Shown: in pieces, positions 27,679 through 36,673 of the stretch
Layout: the number at the start of each line of letters is the position of its first letter
Position numbering within the stretch: position 1 is the stretch's first letter
IMG/VR virus record: IMGVR_UViG_3300012931_000759
Span: 186,001-250,000 of that record
DNA: 64,000 bases
Reading direction: 5' to 3' (one strand)
Position numbers and translations under genes: made by a program
Notes under the pieces: generated by a model
Databases searched by the model: none
Seen by the model: the letters and a program-made list of their open reading frames with translations, nothing else
Told to the model about the DNA's origin: nothing

Positions 27679-27999
27679 ATGTTGAAAAAAACCGCCTGCG
27701 AGATTTGCTCTATGTCGGATCTGCGCATCATACATCGCCATCATATTATTCCACGTCCAGATCCGCGTTGCCATAATGGCTCCAACAACTTAGCTTGTTT
27801 ATGTCCCAACTGTCATTCTCTTGTCCATGCGGGTGAGATTGTGATTCTAGGTGTTTATTCTTCGACCAACGGCAGATGTCTTGTTTGGCACAACAAGAAT
27901 GAACAACCGCCACTGGCCAAAGAATGTTGGTTAGTGCGAGATAATCCGCTTGTCGTCACCCTGGGCGGTGGCGAGGATGACTTGCCGGACAAGGAATAA
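27679..27999 (+). CDS. HNH endonuclease
   Basis: CEIC...HRHHIIP...NLACLCPNCH. Confidence 0.85.
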   Translation: MLKKTACEICSMSDLRIIHRHHIIPRPDPRCHNGSNNLACLCPNCHSLVHAGEIVILGVYSSTNGRCLVWHNKNEQPPLAKECWLVRDNPLVVTLGGGEDDLPDKE

Positions 28000-28000
28000 T

Positions 28001-28717
28001 ATGGTCGACACGAAGCGCCAGATCATAATTCACAGTGATTACGCAGAAGGTGACACCGAGGGTCCGCACCGTGATGCACGGGCGGGCGATGTCCTGGTGT
28101 CGCCCGACAAGGTACGCGTATACGACGGCGTGCCGATGGACGGATACCTGGAATTGTCGCACGACGGCATCCAGGCGAAAATCGAGAGTTCGCTCGGGAC
28201 TGTGAGTGTTGACGGCGTGACGGTTGCCGCACATATCTCCAGGCACCTTGCCAGCGGCGCGGATTCGACCTATGTCGTGTCTGGAAGGGAGCCACTGCCC
28301 AGTGATGACGGATATGCCGTCGGCATGCGTTGGCTCGACACGGTTGGTGGCCAGGAGTACGTATGCTTCTCGAACGCGCCAGCGACAGCTGTTTGGCACC
28401 TTGATCTTACCGAGGAGCGACATAGGATCCTCAGGCAACTAATCCACTTTATCGACAACGGGCCAGCCAGCGGCTTCGCCTCCGGGGCGTACCGCGAGAT
28501 GACGGGCACGGTTTTTCCCACAGCTATCGTGTGGTACGACCAAGTAGGTGCCGGAAAGAAGAAAATCGTCTCGAAGGAGATCACCTGGAACGGAGCGTTC
28601 CCGGCAACGATTACATGGAAGGTGTACGACACTTCAGAGGTTCTGCTGGCTACCGTGGTTGACATTCTGACATACAGCGGACCATTTGAGATTTCGAGGA
28701 CGAGGAGTATCGCATGA
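28001..28717 (+). CDS. Putative virion fibre/structural protein
   Basis: DDGYAVGMRWLDT...AVW fibre-like motif; 2 DGY. Confidence 0.6.
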   Translation: MVDTKRQIIIHSDYAEGDTEGPHRDARAGDVLVSPDKVRVYDGVPMDGYLELSHDGIQAKIESSLGTVSVDGVTVAAHISRHLASGADSTYVVSGREPLPSDDGYAVGMRWLDTVGGQEYVCFSNAPATAVWHLDLTEERHRILRQLIHFIDNGPASGFASGAYREMTGTVFPTAIVWYDQVGAGKKKIVSKEITWNGAFPATITWKVYDTSEVLLATVVDILTYSGPFEISRTRSIA

Positions 28718-30234
28718 GCATCGACAGCCCAGCCTCCATCCTGTACGATGCCGCCGGCAACCCTGTCGCGGTCGTGCTCGACGGCTCAATCCACCGCCTG
28801 GCCGTCGACGCCAAGATAACCGGCGGGGAAGACCCATCCATGGTCGTGCTCGACGGCGACTATGGGCAGAAGGTCAAGCCGACCGGCGCAAGGGGCTTCG
28901 GAGGATGGATTCCGGAGCCGACGGCCTATCCGACGGGTCCGGACGGCTACAAAACAGGCACGCTCCAGATCGATCCCGACGGCTCCCTGCTGATCCGCGG
29001 GCCGGTTCTCACCGACGAAAGATCGTTCCGCTGTGATTTCCCCGGCACATCCTTACACACTGTCCTTACAGGAACCCTTACTTTTACGAATGGCAACTCA
29101 ACGGTGACGGGAAATGGAACGACATTCTCGTCCGAACTCAGCGCCGAGGACTACATAAGGCTTTTGGCCGATGGGTACCAGTACTATACCTTAGTGAAGA
29201 ATGTTATTTCCGACACCGAGTTGCTGCTGGTTGATCCCTATGTCGGCAGTTCCGGCAGCGGCGTCGGCCAGAAGACGTTGTTTACTATAACGGGCACCCA
29301 GTTCTTCACAGTCGTGAATTCAAAAGTGACCATCCCGTCCGGTACAACCGCGAGCCAGTTCAACGGGATCTACAGGATGGCCGATTATTCGCCCATTATG
29401 GCGCATGCTGTTATAAACATCAGCACCAGGCAGGCCAACCAGTACGGCAGTTTCGGGCTTATCGACACAATAAACACCTTGGTACCCTCGTCCGTGTCGG
29501 CTGTGGTGTTTGATGGAACGGATGCCACCAAGGTCAAATTCAATACATCGTGCGACGGGGTGACGGAGCAAACCGATGTTATACTGCCGCTCGGATACAC
29601 GACCGCCAACGAGTTGGATTACCAGATTTCTGTGTATCCGGAGGAGGCAGTCCTATCTATCGAAGGAGTTTCCGTAGCACGTCACAAAAGGCACATACCG
29701 AATCCATATGTGGTCCTGAACGTCTTTGCTGGCTGGTACAACCTGAATCCGGGGCCTGTGGTATCCAGCAATATGCTCATCGATCTCATATTCGTCTCGA
29801 ACCACAACCGCCTACAGGTCTCGCAGACATTTCTCGGCGATACTCTTCCGGTCAGGATTGTTGAGGACGTACACAGCATCGTGGCAAAGCGAACAACCAC
29901 GGCCGTCACGGAAGTCTCGCTCATTGAGTACACTGTTCCGGTAAACAAGACGCTGTGGGTTGTCGGATATTGCGTTAGTGCTGGCATCTCAACAATACGC
30001 GGCTATCCGGTTAAAATCGGTAAAGGATGGCCGCTACCGGATCCAACGAATCCCGGTGTGGTTGATGGTGGGCTTATCAGGTCGTTTCTGCTTGAGCAGA
30101 AAACGAACGTCTCTGAGAGTTTCTCTGTTCCCCTATATCTTGCGGCTGGCGGGGAGACCGTCTATATCTCGATCACGCCAGACGGCGTGACCAGCACGAT
30201 TTGGCGGGCGCAACTAGACTTCATATTGAGGTAG
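28714..30234 (+). CDS. Putative virion fibre/structural protein
   Basis: GTLTFTNGNSTVTGNGTTF fibre motif; 2 DGY. Confidence 0.65.
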   Translation: MSIDSPASILYDAAGNPVAVVLDGSIHRLAVDAKITGGEDPSMVVLDGDYGQKVKPTGARGFGGWIPEPTAYPTGPDGYKTGTLQIDPDGSLLIRGPVLTDERSFRCDFPGTSLHTVLTGTLTFTNGNSTVTGNGTTFSSELSAEDYIRLLADGYQYYTLVKNVISDTELLLVDPYVGSSGSGVGQKTLFTITGTQFFTVVNSKVTIPSGTTASQFNGIYRMADYSPIMAHAVINISTRQANQYGSFGLIDTINTLVPSSVSAVVFDGTDATKVKFNTSCDGVTEQTDVILPLGYTTANELDYQISVYPEEAVLSIEGVSVARHKRHIPNPYVVLNVFAGWYNLNPGPVVSSNMLIDLIFVSNHNRLQVSQTFLGDTLPVRIVEDVHSIVAKRTTTAVTEVSLIEYTVPVNKTLWVVGYCVSAGISTIRGYPVKIGKGWPLPDPTNPGVVDGGLIRSFLLEQKTNVSESFSVPLYLAAGGETVYISITPDGVTSTIWRAQLDFILR

Positions 30235-30237
30235 CCC

Positions 30238-31629
30238 ATGCAGGAACTACGTCTCAATTACGACGAATGGAAAGCGCTCATCGGCGCGTTGCCGATATTC
30301 TACATCGCGCTGGTTACGGGCTATCGAATCTGGGCGATCGGCAGCTCTTTCAGCATCGCGGCAGATATTTCATCCGCCGAGGATGTTGCCGATTTCGAGG
30401 CCACATACAAACCGACAGCCACTGCTGCTGGAAGCGCGGACGATGCCTTTCTCATGGGCTTGCTGGCCAACGGTGTTCCCTTTATCCACAAGGCAAGGGA
30501 AAATGTGGACGGCTACGCGCTGACTGAAATTGCGTCCCCATTGGATGAATACGGCAACCTAGCGGTGTCCATTCAACGGGCGGTCACTTTGACCGTACAA
30601 CTCGACGGCTACTCGGCGGGGCCCCTGCCTGTGATGGTAGTTTCGCCAAACCGCACCAAAACAAGCATCGACGGCTATTCTACCACCTTCGTCCCCGTGA
30701 AATTGGTTTCGCCGAATCGCGTGGGTACCAATATCGATGGGTACTCTGTTGGTCACATTCCAGTGAAACTGGTATCGCCCAACAGGATAGGAACAAGTGT
30801 GGACGGTTACTCTGTCGCGTTCACTCCAGTCAAGATCGTGTCGCCGAACAGAGTAAGCGTTAGTATCGACGGATATTCCATCTCACCATTGCCGGTCAAA
30901 CAGGGACCGAAAGCCGCCGGAATTGACGCTTGGCCTAATGTGCTATACGATGCGTCTGGAAACCCGGTCGGCGTTGTGCTTGACACAACGCTCTATCGCA
31001 TCCAGGCTGATGCCAAAGTGGCCAAGGGTGCTACATCGACATCACTTGTTCATTTGGACGCAATTGACACAGTCTCCGGACGCGGCAGACTCAAAGCGAC
31101 ACTCTATACTGAAAGCGGAGACGCTGTCTCTTTCGGCTCCGTGCCTCCGAATCCGAGTTCCATTCGCAACGATTTTGTCAGACACTCCGGTAGTGATTCG
31201 CTCCTAATAAATGGGAGTGTAACACCGGTCGTGTTCACCTACGATGCCTATGCGACTCTCGACATATCGATCCAGGAGATCAAGTTTACGCTAGTTGCTA
31301 ACTCGATCACATTTGGGTCCAACGCTTTTGGTGGCACAGTCGGTCCTCTGGCAAATGGTCTGCTGGTGGAGATAGTTGCTGGCGGCAACACGGGAACACT
31401 ATACAACCTAGTTCAGGATGAAAGTTTTGTGAACTTTGCCAGTCCAGGTGGTTTCAACTGGACCGTATCAAGCAAAGACATGATGAGTACTTCCTACTTG
31501 GTTGGTGGTGGACTCAGATTGCTGGCTGGTTCGGGCGATCAAGTGCGCGTGACCGTCAGGGACAACCTGACGGCCGCTGGCACATATTTCAAATGCTTTG
31601 TCAAGGGCAACCTGCTGCCGATTTCCTGA
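30238..31629 (+). CDS. Putative virion protein with DGY-containing 22-aa tandem repeats
   Basis: 6 DGY; beta-rich. Confidence 0.65.
   Translation: MQELRLNYDEWKALIGALPIFYIALVTGYRIWAIGSSFSIAADISSAEDVADFEATYKPTATAAGSADDAFLMGLLANGVPFIHKARENVDGYALTEIASPLDEYGNLAVSIQRAVTLTVQLDGYSAGPLPVMVVSPNRTKTSIDGYSTTFVPVKLVSPNRVGTNIDGYSVGHIPVKLVSPNRIGTSVDGYSVAFTPVKIVSPNRVSVSIDGYSISPLPVKQGPKAAGIDAWPNVLYDASGNPVGVVLDTTLYRIQADAKVAKGATSTSLVHLDAIDTVSGRGRLKATLYTESGDAVSFGSVPPNPSSIRNDFVRHSGSDSLLINGSVTPVVFTYDAYATLDISIQEIKFTLVANSITFGSNAFGGTVGPLANGLLVEIVAGGNTGTLYNLVQDESFVNFASPGGFNWTVSSKDMMSTSYLVGGGLRLLAGSGDQVRVTVRDNLTAAGTYFKCFVKGNLLPIS
30601..30900 (+). repeat. ~4.5 copies of a 66-bp/22-aa tandem repeat
   Basis: DGY codons start at 30604, 30670, 30736, 30802, 30868; unit DGYSxxxxPVKxVSPNRxxxx(I/V). 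Confidence 0.95.
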
Positions 31630-31637
31630 GGTGATCC

Positions 31638-32465
31638 ATGCCGATGCAAGTGTCCCTAAACGACCTTGATGTGGAAAACCGCCTGCGCGTCAGCCCGGAG
31701 CCCAGAGTCGAGGGTTCGCAAACCATTGTTGTGTCGCACAACTGGTGCGACCGCTGTACCTGGTATGGGCAAAGCATTCGCATCACGGGCGAGGAACTGG
31801 TCGACATGGGGGACGGATACAATTTCTCGTCCGCCCATCCCTACTGGATCGATCTCGCGCACGGTCGCCTGTACCGCGAGGATCTGATTTCCGCCACATA
31901 CCTCCCCAAGGTGTATGTAGACGGCTACCTGGCCACGGAACGCGAACCTTTCGCAATTTCCGGCGGCGATTTTGTCGTGGACTATAGGAGCGGCGTCGTG
32001 ACATTTGCGTCCGACATGTCCGGCAGGACCGTGACGGCCGACTACAGTCGCGAGAACGGCAGTATGTTCACCGTCGCCCCCAAGGCCGGCAAGAAACTTT
32101 GGGTCGAGAAAACCGAAATCCAGTTTTCGCTGGACGTCGTCCTCAAGGATACCACCCATTTCCAGGCGTGGGCCTACAATCCCTCCAGCCCGCCGAACAA
32201 GGTTCCGGTCACGGAGAAAACCACCTACAAGGTCGCCAGGGATTTCGTCGACGAGGCGCAGGGCGTCTATCCCACCGTGCCAGCGTTCGGAGGAGTTGGA
32301 CGCGGACTCCAGATCGCCCATGTGGTGCTCCCGTTCAACTATCTACAGATCAAGGAGTTGAAGAGTTCCCAAGGTGTGGAGATTCGCGTGTGGCTTGAAC
32401 ATGACACGGAGTTCGAGGGGACATTCGGTACCGCCACATTCTACTGTACCAGCTTCAGCGAATAG
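31638..32465 (+). CDS. Putative virion structural protein
   Basis: GAGG RBS; VDYRSGVVTF motif; 2 DGY. Confidence 0.6.
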   Translation: MPMQVSLNDLDVENRLRVSPEPRVEGSQTIVVSHNWCDRCTWYGQSIRITGEELVDMGDGYNFSSAHPYWIDLAHGRLYREDLISATYLPKVYVDGYLATEREPFAISGGDFVVDYRSGVVTFASDMSGRTVTADYSRENGSMFTVAPKAGKKLWVEKTEIQFSLDVVLKDTTHFQAWAYNPSSPPNKVPVTEKTTYKVARDFVDEAQGVYPTVPAFGGVGRGLQIAHVVLPFNYLQIKELKSSQGVEIRVWLEHDTEFEGTFGTATFYCTSFSE

Positions 32466-32477
32466 GGGAGGAAAAAA

Positions 32478-32966
32478 ATGGCCATCGTGATCGGATTTTC
32501 CACGTCGGACGGCTTTATCTCGAAAGCCATCCGCTGGTTCAGCAGGAGCGAAGTTAGCCACGCCTGGGTCTCTTTCGACTGCGGGGAACTTGAGCAGAGG
32601 CTCATCATGCATGCTACATCCGGCGGCTACAAACTCAACCACTGGCGGCGATGGAAAAAGGGCAACACAATTGTTGCCCAATTCGTCTGCCGTGAAGACC
32701 TGTCGGATGGTCTGAGAAAAATGGCGAAACAGCTTGACCACGACTACGACTACCTGTCCGTCATTATGATGATGCCGCGGCGATGGCTGGGCAAATTGTT
32801 CAGGAATCCCGTGCGCGACAGAAAGAAACTACACTGCTCCGAGGCCTTGGCGCGCCTGCTACAGGCGCATGGTTTTGCGAAAGATTTGGATCCCGAGTCT
32901 ACGACGCCGGGCGATCTGCTAGAGTTCTGCCGCAACAGTCCCACCTTCGTGTCGGTGGGCGTATGA
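32478..32966 (+). CDS. Permuted papain-like (YiiX/NlpC-P60) amidase
   Basis: SHAW (His) before YDY and HCSE (Cys); TPGDL. Confidence 0.75.
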   Translation: MAIVIGFSTSDGFISKAIRWFSRSEVSHAWVSFDCGELEQRLIMHATSGGYKLNHWRRWKKGNTIVAQFVCREDLSDGLRKMAKQLDHDYDYLSVIMMMPRRWLGKLFRNPVRDRKKLHCSEALARLLQAHGFAKDLDPESTTPGDLLEFCRNSPTFVSVGV

Positions 32967-33628
32967 TCGTCGTCGTTAGCGATCTACACATTGGCGACAA
33001 CCGTGTTGATGGCAACCTGTCCTCCCTTTTTGGGACGATCGAACGCCTGGCAGCTCCGGACTCACATCTTGTCCTCAACGGGGACACGTTCGACCTGGCG
33101 GTTCTTCCCTGTTTCGACAGCCGACACCGCGAGTTCATCTCGGTGGCCAGGAAACACGGCCGGATCACCTATATCAAGGGAAACCACGATTGGCTCGTGG
33201 ATGGTCTCGACGACGCACTTGCGCCGAACACCCTGTTCTGCCACGAATTCGAGGAGACCTTGGGGGGACGCCGGTTCAGGTTTCTACACGGCCACCAGTC
33301 GGACTTTATCTCTAATAGGCTGCCGCGACTGAACCGGATCATGATTCGCGCAAACCATTGGATCGCGGATACACTGGGTATCGACCTACAGATGAGGCTC
33401 CGTGCGACTGGCATTGGGCAGCGCACCTTGGAGCGGCAGGAGAACCGGATCGCCGAGAACAGTCCTGGGGCCCACGTCGTCGTGGCTGGGCACACGCACC
33501 GACCTGGTATTCGCCTGGTAGGCGGACGCATGTATGTCAATACCGGCGACTGGATGGAGCGTAGACATTGCTCCTATCTGCTGATTCGGAACGATGGGAC
33601 GTTCGAACTGACTACGCTTGAGGGATAG
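32963..33628 (+). CDS. Metallophosphoesterase (LpxH-like)
   Basis: SDLHIG, NGDTFD, GNHD, HGH, GHTH, YVNTGDW. Confidence 0.85.
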   Translation: MIVVVSDLHIGDNRVDGNLSSLFGTIERLAAPDSHLVLNGDTFDLAVLPCFDSRHREFISVARKHGRITYIKGNHDWLVDGLDDALAPNTLFCHEFEETLGGRRFRFLHGHQSDFISNRLPRLNRIMIRANHWIADTLGIDLQMRLRATGIGQRTLERQENRIAENSPGAHVVVAGHTHRPGIRLVGGRMYVNTGDWMERRHCSYLLIRNDGTFELTTLEG

Positions 33629-33631
33629 GCC

Positions 33632-34282
33632 GTGCCGAAGACACAGATACATGGCAGCGATGTCGACATAGAAACCTCGATGCGGCTAGCTCAGCTGACG
33701 TTGGATGGCTATGGTTTCGACGGAAATGAGCAGCCAGAGGCGATGGTAGGTCTCGTCATGAGGAGCGGCGACAACGGACCCGTTACGCTCATGGTTGCGG
33801 CAGCAGACGGTTACATCGAACAGGTGGCGGCGGGACACGTCACCCTGCGCGGATTTACCTCCATCCAGAACAACGCCGAGGTTCATGGCGACTTCGCCAG
33901 CAACAAGCTTGCGAACGGCCAGGAGACGGATGTCAAGACCGTGACAGCCTTGGTCTCCGTTGCGGCCGCTGCGCAGCAGGCGACCTCCATCCAGATTCCC
34001 ATAAACTCCGAAGTGTTGGGCGTGTCGATCCACGTTTCCGTGAAGCCGCCGGGTACATCCTCGATGGATGTTGGTGTGGCCGGATCTGCTTTGTCCAGGC
34101 GAAGGTATGGTGTGAATCTGTCAACTGACGCTGGGACGTCTCATCCCGGTATCGAATCGCCAGGCTTGTCATATCTTGCTGCCACGCCCATAACACTCTC
34201 CTTCAACATCGCCCCGTCCGACGGCAGCGGTCTCATCAGAATTACAATCCACTACAGGGCCATCATTCCCGCCTCGAGTTAG
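33632..34282 (+). CDS. Putative virion structural protein
   Basis: MPKTQIHG N-terminus; 2 DGY; beta-sandwich-like C-terminus. Confidence 0.6.
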   Translation: MPKTQIHGSDVDIETSMRLAQLTLDGYGFDGNEQPEAMVGLVMRSGDNGPVTLMVAAADGYIEQVAAGHVTLRGFTSIQNNAEVHGDFASNKLANGQETDVKTVTALVSVAAAAQQATSIQIPINSEVLGVSIHVSVKPPGTSSMDVGVAGSALSRRRYGVNLSTDAGTSHPGIESPGLSYLAATPITLSFNIAPSDGSGLIRITIHYRAIIPASS

Positions 34283-34289
34283 GAACAAT

Positions 34290-35834
34290 ATGGACAAACA
34301 GCAGGTCAGGACATGCCTGGACGCCACGTTCGCGGCGGGGGACAAGGCGGCCTACATGAGGCTGGCCAACGCCCGCTTCATGGCCTCCGTCGTAGAGGTA
34401 TTGTGGGACATACGCGGTGAGATGGTTGCTCTCTCCCAGGACGCGACGGCCTTCCGGCAGTTGTCGGAGCGGATTGAATCGGCTCGCAAGCAGCCGGGTG
34501 TCCGCGGACGCTGCCTTGAGGTCTTTCCCGCCGAGAGACGCGCGCTGGTCCGTTTCGGAGGCATCAGGGAGGAGGTGACGGTTTCGCCGCACCTAGAGAT
34601 GGAGAGTCTTGGACCCGGCACAGAAGTGCTGATACAGGGCAACCAGACCGGCGGAAGAACAATCGCCGACATCCGCATGGACACGGGATTCGACGGTTGT
34701 ATAACGACCATCGCCGAGATGCTCGATGGATACCGCGCAGCGATCGACGAGAATGGCGCCAAGGTCATCGCGCAGATAGCCGGAGGCTTGGATTGCGTGG
34801 CCGGAAACACCGTACGGTACGATCCGGTGGCGCACCTGGTCCTGGAGGTTCTGGAGCGCGGCGAGATCGCGGCACTCCGACTGGAGAAGCCCCCGAAACA
34901 CACTTTCGACGACATCGGCGGCTTGACCGAGCAGAAGCTTATGTTACGCGAACGGCTGATTTATCCTGTCATCTATAAGGAGGTATTCGTCAAGTACGGC
35001 TTAGAGGTAGCGAAGGGTGCGTTACTTTATGGACCACCCGGATGCGGAAAAAATCTGCTAGCAAGCGCTGTTTTCAACGAGATGCGCGTCTTGCGCGGTG
35101 GGAAAACGACGGAGGGCTTTTTTGTCATCAATGGTCCCGAGTGTCTATCCGAATGGGCAGGAAAAACCGAGCGGACGATTCGCGAGGTTTTTCAGAGGGC
35201 AAGGGAGGCTGCGGATAAAAGCGGATTGCCTTCCGTGGTATTCTGGGACGAATTGGAGAGCCTTGCCGGCACCAGGCGAGATTCGCCCACATATATGCCC
35301 GAGAAAACAGTGGTTCCCACCCTGCTGGCTGAACTTCAGGGTCTGGAGGAACATGGTGGCGTCGTTTTACTGGCGGCTACGAACCGCCCGGATCTGGTGG
35401 ATCCGGCACTTCTGCGCCCAGGCAGACTTGGCGATGTTCTGGTGGAAGTTCCGCGCCCCAACAGGGGCGCCGGAGCCGACATCCTAGTAAAACATTTCCG
35501 CAGAGAATTGCCATCGACGCTCGCGGCGATGGTTGATCATGGGTTGGTTGAGCGGCTGGTTGCGCACATTTACGATACAGAGTTGCCGCTTGCGGCGCCG
35601 CGAGGCGGCGTGCTGAGGCGTGACTTGGTAAGTGGTGCATTGTGTGCGCAAATCGCAAAAGAACTCATACTTTCTGCCTGTTTATCAGAGATTTGCGGCA
35701 CACAAGGACCTACAATGAAAGATGGATTGGCAGTGGCTGACCGGCTTATACTGGCGCAGATCCTTGCGCAGACAAGCGATAACGGCGGATCCCTACTAGT
35801 CCGACCACTTCAGACGGGAGGATATCCTGGCTGA
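34290..35834 (+). CDS. AAA+ ATPase resembling proteasomal ARC/Mpa/PAN
   Basis: N-terminal coiled coil and two OB-like blocks; TFDDIGGL, GPPGCGK, VFWDE, ATNRPDLVDPALLRPGRL. Confidence 0.85.
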   Translation: MDKQQVRTCLDATFAAGDKAAYMRLANARFMASVVEVLWDIRGEMVALSQDATAFRQLSERIESARKQPGVRGRCLEVFPAERRALVRFGGIREEVTVSPHLEMESLGPGTEVLIQGNQTGGRTIADIRMDTGFDGCITTIAEMLDGYRAAIDENGAKVIAQIAGGLDCVAGNTVRYDPVAHLVLEVLERGEIAALRLEKPPKHTFDDIGGLTEQKLMLRERLIYPVIYKEVFVKYGLEVAKGALLYGPPGCGKNLLASAVFNEMRVLRGGKTTEGFFVINGPECLSEWAGKTERTIREVFQRAREAADKSGLPSVVFWDELESLAGTRRDSPTYMPEKTVVPTLLAELQGLEEHGGVVLLAATNRPDLVDPALLRPGRLGDVLVEVPRPNRGAGADILVKHFRRELPSTLAAMVDHGLVERLVAHIYDTELPLAAPRGGVLRRDLVSGALCAQIAKELILSACLSEICGTQGPTMKDGLAVADRLILAQILAQTSDNGGSLLVRPLQTGGYPG

Positions 35835-35838
35835 AAAT

Positions 35839-35856
35839 CTATCAATAACGAAGCAT
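35839..35856 (+). promoter_or_regulatory. Putative phage late promoter
   Basis: CTATCAAT AACGAAG CAT, intergenic. Confidence 0.7.
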
Positions 35857-35962
35857 TAAATTGGAATATGAGCCGGTGCGATCACCGGTTGTGTTTTGCT
35901 TTCAATGGAAGGCAGTTGGCATTCCAGTCTTTGGTTCATGTTTAGTTAAAGGGAGTCGGCAG

Positions 35963-36385
35963 ATGCCTCGGACCCAGATCAGAGGCACCCAGACTTGCGA
36001 TGGTTCCATAACCTCTGCGAATCTTGCGGATGGTGCGGTTGTCACGACGAAATTACAGGACCTGGGTGTTACTGAGCAAAAGTTGGCCAGCGATGTGGCG
36101 ACGCGCCTATTGAGCACGGCGTCCCCTGTTGGCCGGGTCCATTTTGGATATGCCATTCCCGCTGACACAGATATAACGATTCCTGGGATAATCACGTATG
36201 CCTCCCTTGCGGATTTCCTAAATAGGCTAGTCGTGACGCTAAATGGCCAGATGATGTATAACGGAGCTGCGGCCCCGGTAACACCGGATGATCCGACCGA
36301 TGTTTATCCGGGAAGTTCGGACAGTCAAATCAGATTCTCTTTCGCGCTTGAGCGCGGCAGCAGAATCCAGGTGGTTCGCCTATGA
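35963..36385 (+). CDS. Putative virion fibre-associated protein
   Basis: GGGAG RBS; MPRTQIRG; DGSIT..LADGAV.T.KL repeat; VTLNGQ domain. Confidence 0.6.
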   Translation: MPRTQIRGTQTCDGSITSANLADGAVVTTKLQDLGVTEQKLASDVATRLLSTASPVGRVHFGYAIPADTDITIPGIITYASLADFLNRLVVTLNGQMMYNGAAAPVTPDDPTDVYPGSSDSQIRFSFALERGSRIQVVRL

Positions 36386-36633
36386 GCACCGACGCAAAAA
36401 ACAGGTACACGACTAGTGACATCGCCGTCGCGGCCTATTTAAAGCTCAAGGGTGTGCGGCTTGTGGATTGTGGGAAGGATGGGCAGAAATTTTCCTTTAT
36501 TTTCGAGGATCCCAACGATAACTGTGGTGACCTCGCGCTGGAGTTTATCAACAGCGACTGCCGTCGCTACGACGATGAGATGCGGTCGCTGAAGAAAGTT
36601 TTGTACAGCAAGGGGAAGAGGGAGATTCACTGA
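36382..36633 (+). CDS. Small phage protein (DUF5659-like)
   Basis: TSDIAVAAYL...G...F.F pattern. Confidence 0.55.
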   Translation: MSTDAKNRYTTSDIAVAAYLKLKGVRLVDCGKDGQKFSFIFEDPNDNCGDLALEFINSDCRRYDDEMRSLKKVLYSKGKREIH

Positions 36634-36673
36634 CCCTGTGTGAAAATTCATGTTCTTGGAGGGATAACCAACC

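Noticed and set aside
30601-30900. 66-bp periodicity resembling a CRISPR array
   Set aside because: Conservation is at the amino-acid level with synonymous variation, inside an ORF; no identical DNA repeats or cas genes.
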